Below are positions 1 through 8,437 of a DNA stretch of 41,528 bases, in pieces. Under the pieces are notes generated by a model that was not told the DNA's origin, made no database searches, and saw only the letters and a list, made by a program, of their open reading frames with translations. Every line of letters begins with the position of its first letter. Position 1 is the stretch's first letter. This DNA comes from Escherichia phage HK633. Location of the stretch: sequence record NC_019719.1. The stretch is one strand, 5' to 3'. Made by a program: the position numbers and the translations under genes.

Positions 1-52
1 ACTGTTTGAATTTAACGCTAACCCGATTTTTTTAGTTTTAAGGTGTTGACAT

Positions 53-538
53 ATGGCAGATAAACGAATCCGTTCCGACAGTTCGGCGGCAGCGGTTCAG
101 GCCATGAAAAATGCAGCTGTGGACACCATCGATCCGCCGTCCCATGCAGGTTTGGAGAAAAAAGCCGAACCATTCTGGCATGACAATATCAGATCGAAAG
201 CTCTGGACAGCTGGACGCCTGCCGACCTTCTAGCCGCCGTAGAACTTGCTAATAATCAGCTCTATATCACCGTTTTACGCAAGGATTTACGCAAAGAAGA
301 GCGCATACGCGGGGAGGAGCGAGACGAAGGCCTTATAAAAGACCTCCGCAAGCAAATTGTTGAGCTACAACGAACTATCCTGGCTCAGCGCCGCGACCTC
401 CAGATCCACTCCCACGCAACCAACGGCGAAAGTCGCGACCAGAAGAAACGTAATCAGAACGATCGTGATGCACGGAATACCAAAAACGAGCATCAGGACC
501 AGGACGATAACCTGATCGCCTTTCCCAAGCACGGATAA
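53..538 (+). CDS. Terminase small subunit (P27/HK97-type)
   Basis: First gene of the packaging module, directly upstream of TerL; AAGGTG RBS 7 nt before ATG at 53; 161 aa with charged C-terminal half typical of HK97-type TerS. Family assignment from recall, not a search. Confidence 0.75.
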   Translation: MADKRIRSDSSAAAVQAMKNAAVDTIDPPSHAGLEKKAEPFWHDNIRSKALDSWTPADLLAAVELANNQLYITVLRKDLRKEERIRGEERDEGLIKDLRKQIVELQRTILAQRRDLQIHSHATNGESRDQKKRNQNDRDARNTKNEHQDQDDNLIAFPKHG

Positions 539-544
539 AAGACT

Positions 545-2059
545 ATGACGCGAGGTGAGCGTGTAATAGCGTTCATTGAGCGCTTTTGCATCGTGCCAGA
601 AGGCAAGCTTATCGGCCAACCTATGCGGTTGGACCCCTTTCAGAAAGATTTCATCCTGGCGGTTTACGACAATCCAGCCGGAACGGATATGGCGATCCTC
701 TCCATCGCCCGAAAAAATGGTAAGACTGGCCTGATTGCCGGAATTCTGCTGGCTCACCTGGTGGGGCCTGAAGCGGTGCAGAACACGCAGATTGTCAGCG
801 GTGCACTCAGCCGGGAACAGGCGGCCATCGTTTTTAACCTCGCGGTGAAGATGGTTAACCTGAACCCCAAGCTGCAGGAGATTGTGCACATTACGCCCAG
901 CGGCAAAAAGCTGATCGGCCTGCCGTGTAACGTCGAATACAAGGCTTTATCCGCAGAAGGTAAGACGACGCACGGCCTTTCCCCCATTCTGGCCATTCTC
1001 GATGAAACAGGGCAGGTTAGGGGTCCGCAGGATGATTTTATCGATGCAATAACTACGGCGCAGGGGGCTCATGAAAACCCGCTGCTAATCGTTATCAGTA
1101 CGCAGGCAGCAAACGATGCTGACCTGCTTAGCATCTGGATTGATGATGCGGTCAAATCGAAAGATCCGCACATCGTGTGCCACGTTTATGAAGCGCCAAA
1201 AGACGCTGATATCAGTAAACGCGAGTCCTGGCTGGCTGCGAACCCGGCACTGGGAACATTCAGGTCAGAAAAAGACATGGCGCGCCAGGCTGAGAAAGCT
1301 TGCCGAATGCCAAGCTTCGAAAACACCTTCCGAAACCTCAACCTCAATCAGCGCGTGTCTACCGTATCGCCGTTTATCTCCCGCAGCGTGTGGGAGCTTT
1401 GCGGAGAGATGCCGATTAACACCCCGAGGAAGTGGTACGCGGGGCTGGATCTGTCAGCCAGGAACGACTTAACGGCGCTGGTTATCGCTGGTGAAGCAGA
1501 TGATGGTGTCTGGGATGTTTTCCCCTTCTTCTGGACACCGCAAAAGACTCTTGAAGAGCGAACCAAAACGGACCGAGCACCCTATGACGTTTGGGTGAGG
1601 GAGGGGCTGCTGCGCACCACGCCAGGAGCTTCGGTGGATTACTCATTCGTCGTTGCGGATATCGCTGAAATTATCGGTGATTTCGACCTTACCTCGATGG
1701 CTTTTGACCGCTGGCGCATTGACCAGTTCAGGAAGGATGCCGATGCCATTGGGCTGAGCCTCCCGCTGGTCGAGTTCGGCCAGGGCTTTAAGGATATGGG
1801 GCCAGCTGTAGACACGCTGGAGTCTCTGATGCTTAACGGGCGCGTGAGGCATGGCATGCACCCTGTATTAACGATGTGTGCTGTGAATGCGGTGGTGGTG
1901 AAAGATGCTGCTGGCAACCGCAAGCTCGATAAATCCAAAGCAACGGGCCGTATTGATGGCATGGTCGCAATGACAATGTCCGTTGGTGCTGCTAATGGGG
2001 AAGTTACCGAACAGGGTGGTGACTTCGACGACTTCATTTTCCGACCGCTGAGCATGTGA
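545..2059 (+). CDS. Terminase large subunit
   Basis: 504 aa; Walker-A-like ARKNGKTG near N-terminus; nuclease-domain length; follows TerS and precedes portal. Confidence 0.9.
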   Translation: MTRGERVIAFIERFCIVPEGKLIGQPMRLDPFQKDFILAVYDNPAGTDMAILSIARKNGKTGLIAGILLAHLVGPEAVQNTQIVSGALSREQAAIVFNLAVKMVNLNPKLQEIVHITPSGKKLIGLPCNVEYKALSAEGKTTHGLSPILAILDETGQVRGPQDDFIDAITTAQGAHENPLLIVISTQAANDADLLSIWIDDAVKSKDPHIVCHVYEAPKDADISKRESWLAANPALGTFRSEKDMARQAEKACRMPSFENTFRNLNLNQRVSTVSPFISRSVWELCGEMPINTPRKWYAGLDLSARNDLTALVIAGEADDGVWDVFPFFWTPQKTLEERTKTDRAPYDVWVREGLLRTTPGASVDYSFVVADIAEIIGDFDLTSMAFDRWRIDQFRKDADAIGLSLPLVEFGQGFKDMGPAVDTLESLMLNGRVRHGMHPVLTMCAVNAVVVKDAAGNRKLDKSKATGRIDGMVAMTMSVGAANGEVTEQGGDFDDFIFRPLSM

Positions 2060-3333
2060 TGGAAGAACCTAAATACACGATTGACCTGCGAACCAATAAC
2101 GGCTGGTGGGCAAGGCTGCAGTCCTGGTTTGTCGGCGGGCGTTTAGTCACCCCAAATCAGGGCTCACAGACGGGGCCTGTTTCGGCCCACGGACACCTGG
2201 GCGATTCATCCATTAACGATGAACGGATACTGCAAATTTCGACTGTGTGGCGCTGCGTGAGCCTGATTTCAACGCTCACGGCATGCTTACCGCTTGATGT
2301 CTTCGAAACAGACCAGAATGACAACCGTAAAAAAGTGGATTTGAGCAATCCACTGGCGCGACTGCTGCGCTACTCACCGAATCAGTACATGACCGCCCAA
2401 GAATTCAGGGAGGCCATGACGATGCAGCTCTGTTTCTACGGTAACGCATATGCACTTGTGGACCGCAACAGCGCAGGTGACGTGATCAGCCTTCTCCCGC
2501 TTCAGTCTGCCAATATGGATGTGAAGCTCGTCGGAAAAAAAGTGGTTTATCGCTATCAACGCGACAGCGAATACGCCGACTTTTCGCAGAAAGAGATTTT
2601 TCATCTTAAAGGCTTCGGATTCACCGGGCTTGTAGGCCTGTCACCCATTGCTTTTGCCTGTAAATCGGCAGGTGTGGCAGTTGCGATGGAGGACCAGCAG
2701 CGAGATTTCTTTGCCAACGGCGCCAAGTCTCCGCAAATCCTCTCAACTGGCGAAAAAGTGCTAACTGAACAGCAGCGCTCCCAGGTCGAAGAGAACTTCA
2801 AAGAGATCGCCGGCGGCCCGGTAAAAAAACGCCTCTGGATTCTGGAAGCGGGTTTTTCTACATCGGCAATTGGCGTAACTCCGCAGGATGCCGAAATGAT
2901 GGCGTCCCGAAAATTTCAGGTAAGTGAACTGGCGCGATTCTTTGGCGTACCGCCTCACCTTGTCGGCGACGTCGAGAAATCAACGAGCTGGGGATCGGGC
3001 ATCGAGCAGCAGAATCTCGGCTTCCTGCAGTACACCCTGCAGCCCTATATCTCCAGGTGGGAAAACAGCATTCAGCGGTGGCTTATTCCTGCTAAGGATG
3101 TTGGCCGCATTCATGCTGAGCACAACCTCGACGGCCTGCTGAGGGGCGATTCGGCATCCCGCGCTGCCTTTATGAAGGCAATGGGAGAGGCAGGGCTACG
3201 CACCATCAACGAGATGCGACGAACGGACAACCTCCCGCCATTGCCGGGTGGCGATGTGGCAATGCGCCAGTCGCAATACGTGCCGATCACCGATTTAGGA
3301 ACCAACAAAGAGCCCCGTAATAACGGGGCTTAA
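2059..3333 (+). CDS. Portal protein (HK97 family)
   Basis: 424 aa from ATG 2059 (ORF track begins at GTG 2056); start overlaps TerL stop (TGATG); conserved position between TerL and prohead protease. Confidence 0.88.
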   Translation: MEEPKYTIDLRTNNGWWARLQSWFVGGRLVTPNQGSQTGPVSAHGHLGDSSINDERILQISTVWRCVSLISTLTACLPLDVFETDQNDNRKKVDLSNPLARLLRYSPNQYMTAQEFREAMTMQLCFYGNAYALVDRNSAGDVISLLPLQSANMDVKLVGKKVVYRYQRDSEYADFSQKEIFHLKGFGFTGLVGLSPIAFACKSAGVAVAMEDQQRDFFANGAKSPQILSTGEKVLTEQQRSQVEENFKEIAGGPVKKRLWILEAGFSTSAIGVTPQDAEMMASRKFQVSELARFFGVPPHLVGDVEKSTSWGSGIEQQNLGFLQYTLQPYISRWENSIQRWLIPAKDVGRIHAEHNLDGLLRGDSASRAAFMKAMGEAGLRTINEMRRTDNLPPLPGGDVAMRQSQYVPITDLGTNKEPRNNGA

Positions 3334-3350
3334 TTTTTATGGGGGCCGTA

Positions 3351-4028
3351 ATGCCTGAAATCGTAAAAACGCTGTCCTTCGACGAGACAGAAATCAAATT
3401 CACCGGTGACGGTAAACAGGGGATTTTTGAAGGCTACGCCTCTGTTTTTAATAACACCGATTCCGATGGCGACATCATTCTGCCCGGGGCGTTTAAAAAC
3501 GCGCTGGCGAACCAGACCCGAAAAGTGGCGATGTTTTTTAACCACAGGACGTGGGAACTGCCGGTTGGCAAATGGGACAGCCTGGCTGAGGACGAAAAAG
3601 GCCTGTATGTGCGCGGTCAACTTACCCCAGGACACAGCGGCGCCGCTGACCTGAAAGCGGCAATGCAGCACGGTACGGTTGAAGGTATGTCGGTTGGCTT
3701 TTCCGTTTCGAAAGACGATTACACCATCATTCCAACAGGCCGCATTTTTAAGAATATCCAGGCTCTGCGCGAAATCAGCGTCTGCACTTTCCCCGCCAAC
3801 GAACAGGCTGGCATCGCAGCCATGAAAAGTGTCGATGGTATTGAAACGATTCGTGATGTGGAGAACTGGCTGAGGGATTCAGTCGGCCTCACCAAATCAC
3901 AGGCAGTTGGGCTAATTGCCCGGTTTAAGTCAGCGATTCGGAGCGAGTCCGAGGGCGACGGAAACGAAGCACAAATAAACGCTCTGCTTCAGAGCATCAA
4001 ATCTTTCCCTTCTAACTTAGGTAAATAA
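3351..4028 (+). CDS. Prohead maturation protease (HK97 gp4-like)
   Basis: ATG 3351 preceded by GGGGG 5 nt upstream gives 225 aa, the size I recall for HK97 gp4; ORF track starts 12 nt earlier at 3339. Confidence 0.85.
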   Translation: MPEIVKTLSFDETEIKFTGDGKQGIFEGYASVFNNTDSDGDIILPGAFKNALANQTRKVAMFFNHRTWELPVGKWDSLAEDEKGLYVRGQLTPGHSGAADLKAAMQHGTVEGMSVGFSVSKDDYTIIPTGRIFKNIQALREISVCTFPANEQAGIAAMKSVDGIETIRDVENWLRDSVGLTKSQAVGLIARFKSAIRSESEGDGNEAQINALLQSIKSFPSNLGK

Positions 4029-4030
4029 TT

Positions 4031-5188
4031 ATGTCTGAACTCGCTCTCATTCAAAAAGCTATCGAAGAATCCCAGCAGAAAATGACCCAGCTTTTCGATG
4101 CGCAGAAAGCAGAAATCGAAAGCACAGGCCAGGTTTCCAAACAGTTGCAGTCCGACCTGATGAAAGTACAGGAAGAGCTGACCAAATCCGGCACTCGCCT
4201 CTTCGATCTGGAACAGAAACTGGCATCCGGCGCTGAGAATCCTGGTGAGAAGAAATCCTTCTCTGAACGGGCTGCTGAAGAGCTTATTAAGTCATGGGAC
4301 GGTAAACAGGGCACCTTTGGCGCTAAAACGTTTAACAAGTCACTAGGCAGTGACGCTGATTCGGCTGGCTCACTGATCCAGCCTATGCAGATCCCAGGCA
4401 TCATCATGCCAGGCCTGCGCCGTCTTACCATTCGTGATCTGCTGGCTCAGGGCCGCACTTCCAGTAACGCTCTGGAATATGTGCGTGAAGAGGTGTTTAC
4501 CAATAACGCCGACGTGGTGGCAGAGAAAGCACTGAAGCCAGAATCGGATATCACCTTCAGCAAACAAACCGCGAACGTGAAGACCATCGCGCACTGGGTG
4601 CAGGCATCACGTCAGGTGATGGATGATGCGCCAATGCTTCAGTCCTACATTAACAACCGCCTCATGTACGGCCTGGCACTGAAGGAAGAGGGCCAGCTGC
4701 TGAACGGCGACGGTACCGGGGATAACCTGGAAGGGCTGAACAAAGTGGCAACCGCCTATGACACCTCGCTGAATGCCACCGGCGACACCCGCGCTGACAT
4801 TATCGCTCACGCTATTTATCAGGTGACCGAGTCTGAGTTCAGCGCTTCCGGTATCGTCCTGAACCCGCGCGACTGGCACAACATCGCGTTGCTGAAAGAC
4901 AATGAAGGCCGCTATATCTTCGGTGGTCCTCAGGCATTCACCAGTAACATCATGTGGGGCTTGCCAGTGGTTCCGACTAAGGCGCAGGCCGCCGGCACCT
5001 TTACCGTAGGCGGTTTCGATATGGCCTCACAGGTCTGGGATCGCATGGATGCCACCGTGGAAGTTAGCCGTGAAGACCGCGATAACTTCGTGAAAAACAT
5101 GCTGACCATCCTGTGCGAAGAGCGTCTGGCGCTGGCGCATTATCGCCCGACAGCAATCATCAAGGGCACCTTCTCTTCTGGCTCATGA
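4031..5188 (+). CDS. Major capsid protein (HK97 gp5 type)
   Basis: 385 aa; counting residues gives Lys103 (delta-domain cleavage boundary), Lys169, Asn356 and Glu363 at the positions known for HK97 isopeptide crosslinking. Confidence 0.95.
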   Translation: MSELALIQKAIEESQQKMTQLFDAQKAEIESTGQVSKQLQSDLMKVQEELTKSGTRLFDLEQKLASGAENPGEKKSFSERAAEELIKSWDGKQGTFGAKTFNKSLGSDADSAGSLIQPMQIPGIIMPGLRRLTIRDLLAQGRTSSNALEYVREEVFTNNADVVAEKALKPESDITFSKQTANVKTIAHWVQASRQVMDDAPMLQSYINNRLMYGLALKEEGQLLNGDGTGDNLEGLNKVATAYDTSLNATGDTRADIIAHAIYQVTESEFSASGIVLNPRDWHNIALLKDNEGRYIFGGPQAFTSNIMWGLPVVPTKAQAAGTFTVGGFDMASQVWDRMDATVEVSREDRDNFVKNMLTILCEERLALAHYRPTAIIKGTFSSGS

Positions 5189-5194
5189 TGGAGG

Positions 5195-5216
5195 GGGCGG
5201 GGAAACCCGCCCTTTT
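5195..5216 (+). terminator. Intrinsic terminator-like hairpin after capsid gene (GGGCGGG-GAAA-CCCGCCC + TTTT)
   Basis: 7-bp GC stem, GAAA loop and T4 run read directly from sequence, 6 nt after the capsid stop and 5 nt before the next ATG. Confidence 0.5.
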
Positions 5217-5221
5217 AACGT

Positions 5222-5548
5222 ATGGCGATAGATGTTCTGGATGTAATTTCCCTCAGTCTGTTTAAGCAGCAGATTGAGTTTGAGGAAGACGACAGGGACG
5301 AGCTGATCACGCTGTACGCCCAGGCCGCTTTTGACTACTGCATGCGCTGGTGCGATGAACCAGCATGGAAGGTTGCGGCTGATATTCCTGCCGCCGTTAA
5401 GGGCGCCGTTCTGCTTGTCTTTGCTGACATGTTTGAACACCGGACGGCACAAAGCGAAGTGCAGCTTTATGAGAATGCAGCCGCCGAACGCATGATGTTC
5501 ATTCATCGCAACTGGCGCGGTAAAGCCGAATCAGAGGAGGGCTCCTGA
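5222..5548 (+). CDS. Head-tail connector / DNA-packaging protein (gp6-like)
   Basis: 108 aa directly after capsid gene; position and size match head-completion genes of HK97-like modules. Confidence 0.65.
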   Translation: MAIDVLDVISLSLFKQQIEFEEDDRDELITLYAQAAFDYCMRWCDEPAWKVAADIPAAVKGAVLLVFADMFEHRTAQSEVQLYENAAAERMMFIHRNWRGKAESEEGS

Positions 5549-5886
5549 TGGAACCAGGACGATTCAGGCACCGGGTAAAAATTCTCACCTTCACGACTTC
5601 GCGCGATCCATCTGGTCAGCCGGTTGAATCGTGGACAGGTGGCAACCCGGTCCCGGCTGAGGTAAAGGGGATCAGCGGCAGAGAGCAGCTTTCAGGCGGC
5701 GCGGAAACGGCGCAGGCAACGATTCGCGTCTGGATGCGCTTCAGGTCAGAGCTGAATGCCTCTTCTCGTCTGGAAGTGCTCAGCGGCCCGTATAAAGGTC
5801 AGGTGCTAAATATCATCGGTCCTCCTGTAGCAAATGCGACTGGCACTCGCCTGGAAATTCTTTGCAAAACGGGAGCTGAAAAATGA
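5548..5886 (+). CDS. Head-tail adaptor / head closure protein
   Basis: 112 aa; GAGGAGG RBS; TGATG overlap with previous gene. Confidence 0.65.
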   Translation: MEPGRFRHRVKILTFTTSRDPSGQPVESWTGGNPVPAEVKGISGREQLSGGAETAQATIRVWMRFRSELNASSRLEVLSGPYKGQVLNIIGPPVANATGTRLEILCKTGAEK

Positions 5887-6332
5887 TTGAGACGAGCCTC
5901 GATTTTTCCGGGTTAAATGACATCGCAAAGGATCTGGAGGCGCTTAGCCGCGCTGAAAACAATAAGGTTCTTCGTGATGCCACCCGCGCCGGCGCGGAAG
6001 TGCTTAAGGAAGAAGTGATCGCCCGCGCTCCGGTGCGTACCGGGAAACTGAAAAAAAACGTGGTGGTGGTGACCCAAAAAAGCCGTCGCCGCGGGGAAAT
6101 TTCTTCCGGCGTCCATATTCGTGGCGTTAACCCGCGCACCGGAAACAGCGATAACACGATGAAGGCTAATAACCCGAGAAACGCCTTTTACTGGCGATTC
6201 GTTGAGCTGGGTACCGCGAACATGCCTGCACATCCGTTTGTGCGACCCGCTTACGATACTCGCGAGGAAGAGGCCGCCAGCGTCGCCATTGCCAGGATGA
6301 ATCAGGCTATTGATGAGGTATTGAGCAAGTGA
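5883..6332 (+). CDS. Tail component (HK97 gp10-like)
   Basis: 149 aa; ATGA overlap with upstream gene; position in head-tail joining block. Confidence 0.6.
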   Translation: MIETSLDFSGLNDIAKDLEALSRAENNKVLRDATRAGAEVLKEEVIARAPVRTGKLKKNVVVVTQKSRRRGEISSGVHIRGVNPRTGNSDNTMKANNPRNAFYWRFVELGTANMPAHPFVRPAYDTREEEAASVAIARMNQAIDEVLSK

Positions 6333-6676
6333 ATGAAGATAATATCTACGCCTTGCTTTCTCCCCTGGCAGAAGGACGGGTATATCCCTATGTTGCGCCA
6401 TTAGGTAGTGACGGTAAACCGTCTGTCTCTCCACCCTGGATTATCTTTTCCATCGTCGATGATGTTTCCGCTGACGTGCTGTGTGGTCAGGCAGAGAGCA
6501 GGGTTTCCGTTCAGGTCGATGTGTATTCCACTTCGATCGCTGAATCACGATCCCTGAGAGATTTGGTGCTCGCTTCGCTTGAGCCGTTAACCCCTACAGA
6601 GGTGGTAAAAATCCCCGGGTACGAGCCAGATTATCGGCTCTACCGTGCCACCCTGGATTTTAAAGTTACCCCCTGA
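6329..6676 (+). CDS. Tail completion protein (DUF3168-like)
   Basis: 115 aa; GTG start overlapping upstream stop (GTGA); immediately upstream of major tail protein. Confidence 0.55.
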   Translation: MNEDNIYALLSPLAEGRVYPYVAPLGSDGKPSVSPPWIIFSIVDDVSADVLCGQAESRVSVQVDVYSTSIAESRSLRDLVLASLEPLTPTEVVKIPGYEPDYRLYRATLDFKVTP

Positions 6677-6695
6677 CAATTAATTCACCCAACGA

Positions 6696-6722
6696 ACCCG
6701 CCAGATGGCGGGTTTTCTTTTT
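6696..6722 (+). terminator. Terminator-like hairpin (ACCCGCC-AGAT-GGCGGGT + T-rich run) before major tail gene
   Basis: 7-bp stem, 4-nt loop, TTTTCTTTTT tail read from sequence. Confidence 0.5.
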
Positions 6723-6735
6723 CCAGGAGACAGCT

Positions 6736-7440
6736 ATGTCTGCACTTTATGAAAAATCGCAGCTGACGAAGATCCTTATTTCCTCCCTGCCGTCCACCAA
6801 AGAAACGATGGATTCCGCCACCTTTCTCGATCTGAGTTGCACCATCAAAGAAATTCAGTTCACTGGTGGCCAGAAGCAGGATATCGACGTAACAACACTT
6901 TGCTCTACCGAGCAGGAGAACATCAACGGCCTGCCTTCTCCGTCAGAAATCTCTCTGTCCGGCAACTTCTACAATAATCCAGCGCAGGACGCCTTGCGTG
7001 ATGCGTATGACAACGACACCACTTACGGCTTCCAGATCATCTTCCCGTCAGGTAATGGTTTTAAGTTCCTGGCCGAAGTTCGCCAGCATACCTGGTCATC
7101 TGGTACCAATGGTGTTGTGGCAGCTACATTCTCACTGCGCCTTAAAGGCAAGCCTGTCCCGATTGACTCTGTACTTAAACTGACCACTGATCTTCCTTCC
7201 TCACTGTCTGTAGCGGTGGGGGCTGCGATCAGCATGGCTGTAGTAGCTGCCGGTGGTAAGCCTCCGTATGCCTACACCTGGAAGAAGGCAGGTAGCACCG
7301 TCAGCGGGCAGACATCCGATACCTTTAATAAAGCCACCGCAGTTTCAGGTGATGCAGGTGATTACACCTGTGTGGTTACGGATTCTTCTTCTCCGGTCAA
7401 AACGGTTACCTCAGCTGCCTGCACCCTTACTATCAGTTAA
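6736..7440 (+). CDS. Major tail protein with C-terminal Ig-like domain
   Basis: GGAG RBS; 234 aa; C-terminal ~80 aa resembles Big_2/Ig-like decoration domain as in lambda gpV. Confidence 0.8.
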   Translation: MSALYEKSQLTKILISSLPSTKETMDSATFLDLSCTIKEIQFTGGQKQDIDVTTLCSTEQENINGLPSPSEISLSGNFYNNPAQDALRDAYDNDTTYGFQIIFPSGNGFKFLAEVRQHTWSSGTNGVVAATFSLRLKGKPVPIDSVLKLTTDLPSSLSVAVGAAISMAVVAAGGKPPYAYTWKKAGSTVSGQTSDTFNKATAVSGDAGDYTCVVTDSSSPVKTVTSAACTLTIS

Positions 7441-7474
7441 TGGAGATGCCGGGTTGTCCCGGCATGGATAAGCG

Positions 7475-7861
7475 ATGTCGCAAACTTTAAAACAATTAGC
7501 CATGGCGAAAATGGCTGGCTTTCGCCATAAGACGGTCGTTGTCCCTGAGTGGGAAGGTGTCAAAGTGGTTCTCCGTGAGCCGTCAGGTGAAGCCTGGCTG
7601 CGCTGGCAGGAGGTGGTGAAAGGGGGGGCCGACGATGAAAATGTGTCGGTATCGGAAAAGGCGCACCGTAATCTTTGCGCTGACGTGGTGCTCTTCATTG
7701 ACGTTCTGTGTGACACCGATAAGCAACCGGTATTCAGCGTAGACGAAGAAGAGCAGGTGCGTGAAATCTACGGGCCCGTGCACTCACGTCTGCTCAAACA
7801 GGCGCTTGACCTGATCAACAATGCGGACGAAGCGCGGGAAAAGTCTCAACCCCCGGCGTAA
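7475..7861 (+). CDS. Tail assembly chaperone (gpG-like)
   Basis: 128 aa between major tail and tape measure; the -1 frame is open from 7810 into the next ORF. Confidence 0.75.
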   Translation: MSQTLKQLAMAKMAGFRHKTVVVPEWEGVKVVLREPSGEAWLRWQEVVKGGADDENVSVSEKAHRNLCADVVLFIDVLCDTDKQPVFSVDEEEQVREIYGPVHSRLLKQALDLINNADEAREKSQPPA

Positions 7862-8148
7862 AGTTTCTGATGTCGCTTGCGCTCCGGATGGGGCGCACGC
7901 TCTCAGAGCTTCGGCAGAATATGACGGCAAGCGAGCTTCTGATGTGGATTGAGTACGACAGGCAAAGCCCGGTTGGCGATATTCGCGGTGATATCCATGC
8001 AGCGCAGATTGTCTCTGCCATCTACGGCTCGCAGGGGGCAAAAGTACCGCTGGACGATGCGATCCTGCGCTGGGGTGGTGATGAGCAATCAGAACCGAAG
8101 GACCCGTTTGCAGGGCTTGAGGCGGCACTTACAGCTGCGACACAATAA
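7810..8148 (+). CDS. Tail assembly chaperone T-frame segment (expected G-T fusion via programmed -1 frameshift)
   Basis: -1 frame relative to G is open from 7810; G-rich/A-run GGGAAAAG at 7836-7843 and C5 run at 7850-7854 lie in the overlap; conserved G/GT arrangement in long-tailed phages. Confidence 0.6.
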   Translation, partial: PDQQCGRSAGKVSTPGVKFLMSLALRMGRTLSELRQNMTASELLMWIEYDRQSPVGDIRGDIHAAQIVSAIYGSQGAKVPLDDAILRWGGDEQSEPKDPFAGLEAALTAATQ

Positions 8149-8205
8149 TTGCTTCACATGCCTTCAATGTAGCGATACGCTCTTTCCTTAAGTAAAGGAG
8201 GCGTT

Positions 8206-8394
8206 ATGGAACCACTGGTAGTAGTGTTTGGAATATTCGGCTGGCTGATAAATCTAATTGTGATTTTTTATTTATTACGGTTTAGCACAAGGGCAAATGA
8301 ACAAGTTGAAGCCCTTAAAGAGATAAATAAAAAGCAAGATGCGCAAATAGATTTATTAATACAAGTCGCTCACCAAAGAAAAGACAGTTTATAA
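8206..8394 (+). CDS. Small inner-membrane protein, YebO / HK97 gp15-like moron
   Basis: 62 aa; AAGGAGG RBS 4 nt before ATG; N-terminal TM helix then R-x-S-x-RAN-x-QVE motif; own terminator follows; sits between G/T and tape measure as HK97 gp15 does. Confidence 0.75.
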   Translation: MEPLVVVFGIFGWLINLIVIFYLLRFSTRANEQVEALKEINKKQDAQIDLLIQVAHQRKDSL

Positions 8395-8400
8395 CTCACG

Positions 8401-8425
8401 ACCCGCTATCAAGCGGGTTTTTTTT
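8401..8425 (+). terminator. Intrinsic terminator (ACCCGCT-ATCA-AGCGGGT + T8)
   Basis: Perfect 7-bp stem, 4-nt loop, 8 T residues; ends at tape-measure start. Confidence 0.8.
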
Positions 8426-8437
8426 ATGGGTGAAAAT

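Noticed and set aside
365-1566. Minus-strand and alternative-frame ORFs overlapping the terminase genes (365-889, 754-996, 1116-1472, 1348-1566)
   Set aside because: Fully embedded antisense or out of frame within strongly supported terminase coding sequence; no RBS; typical spurious frames in GC-balanced coding DNA.
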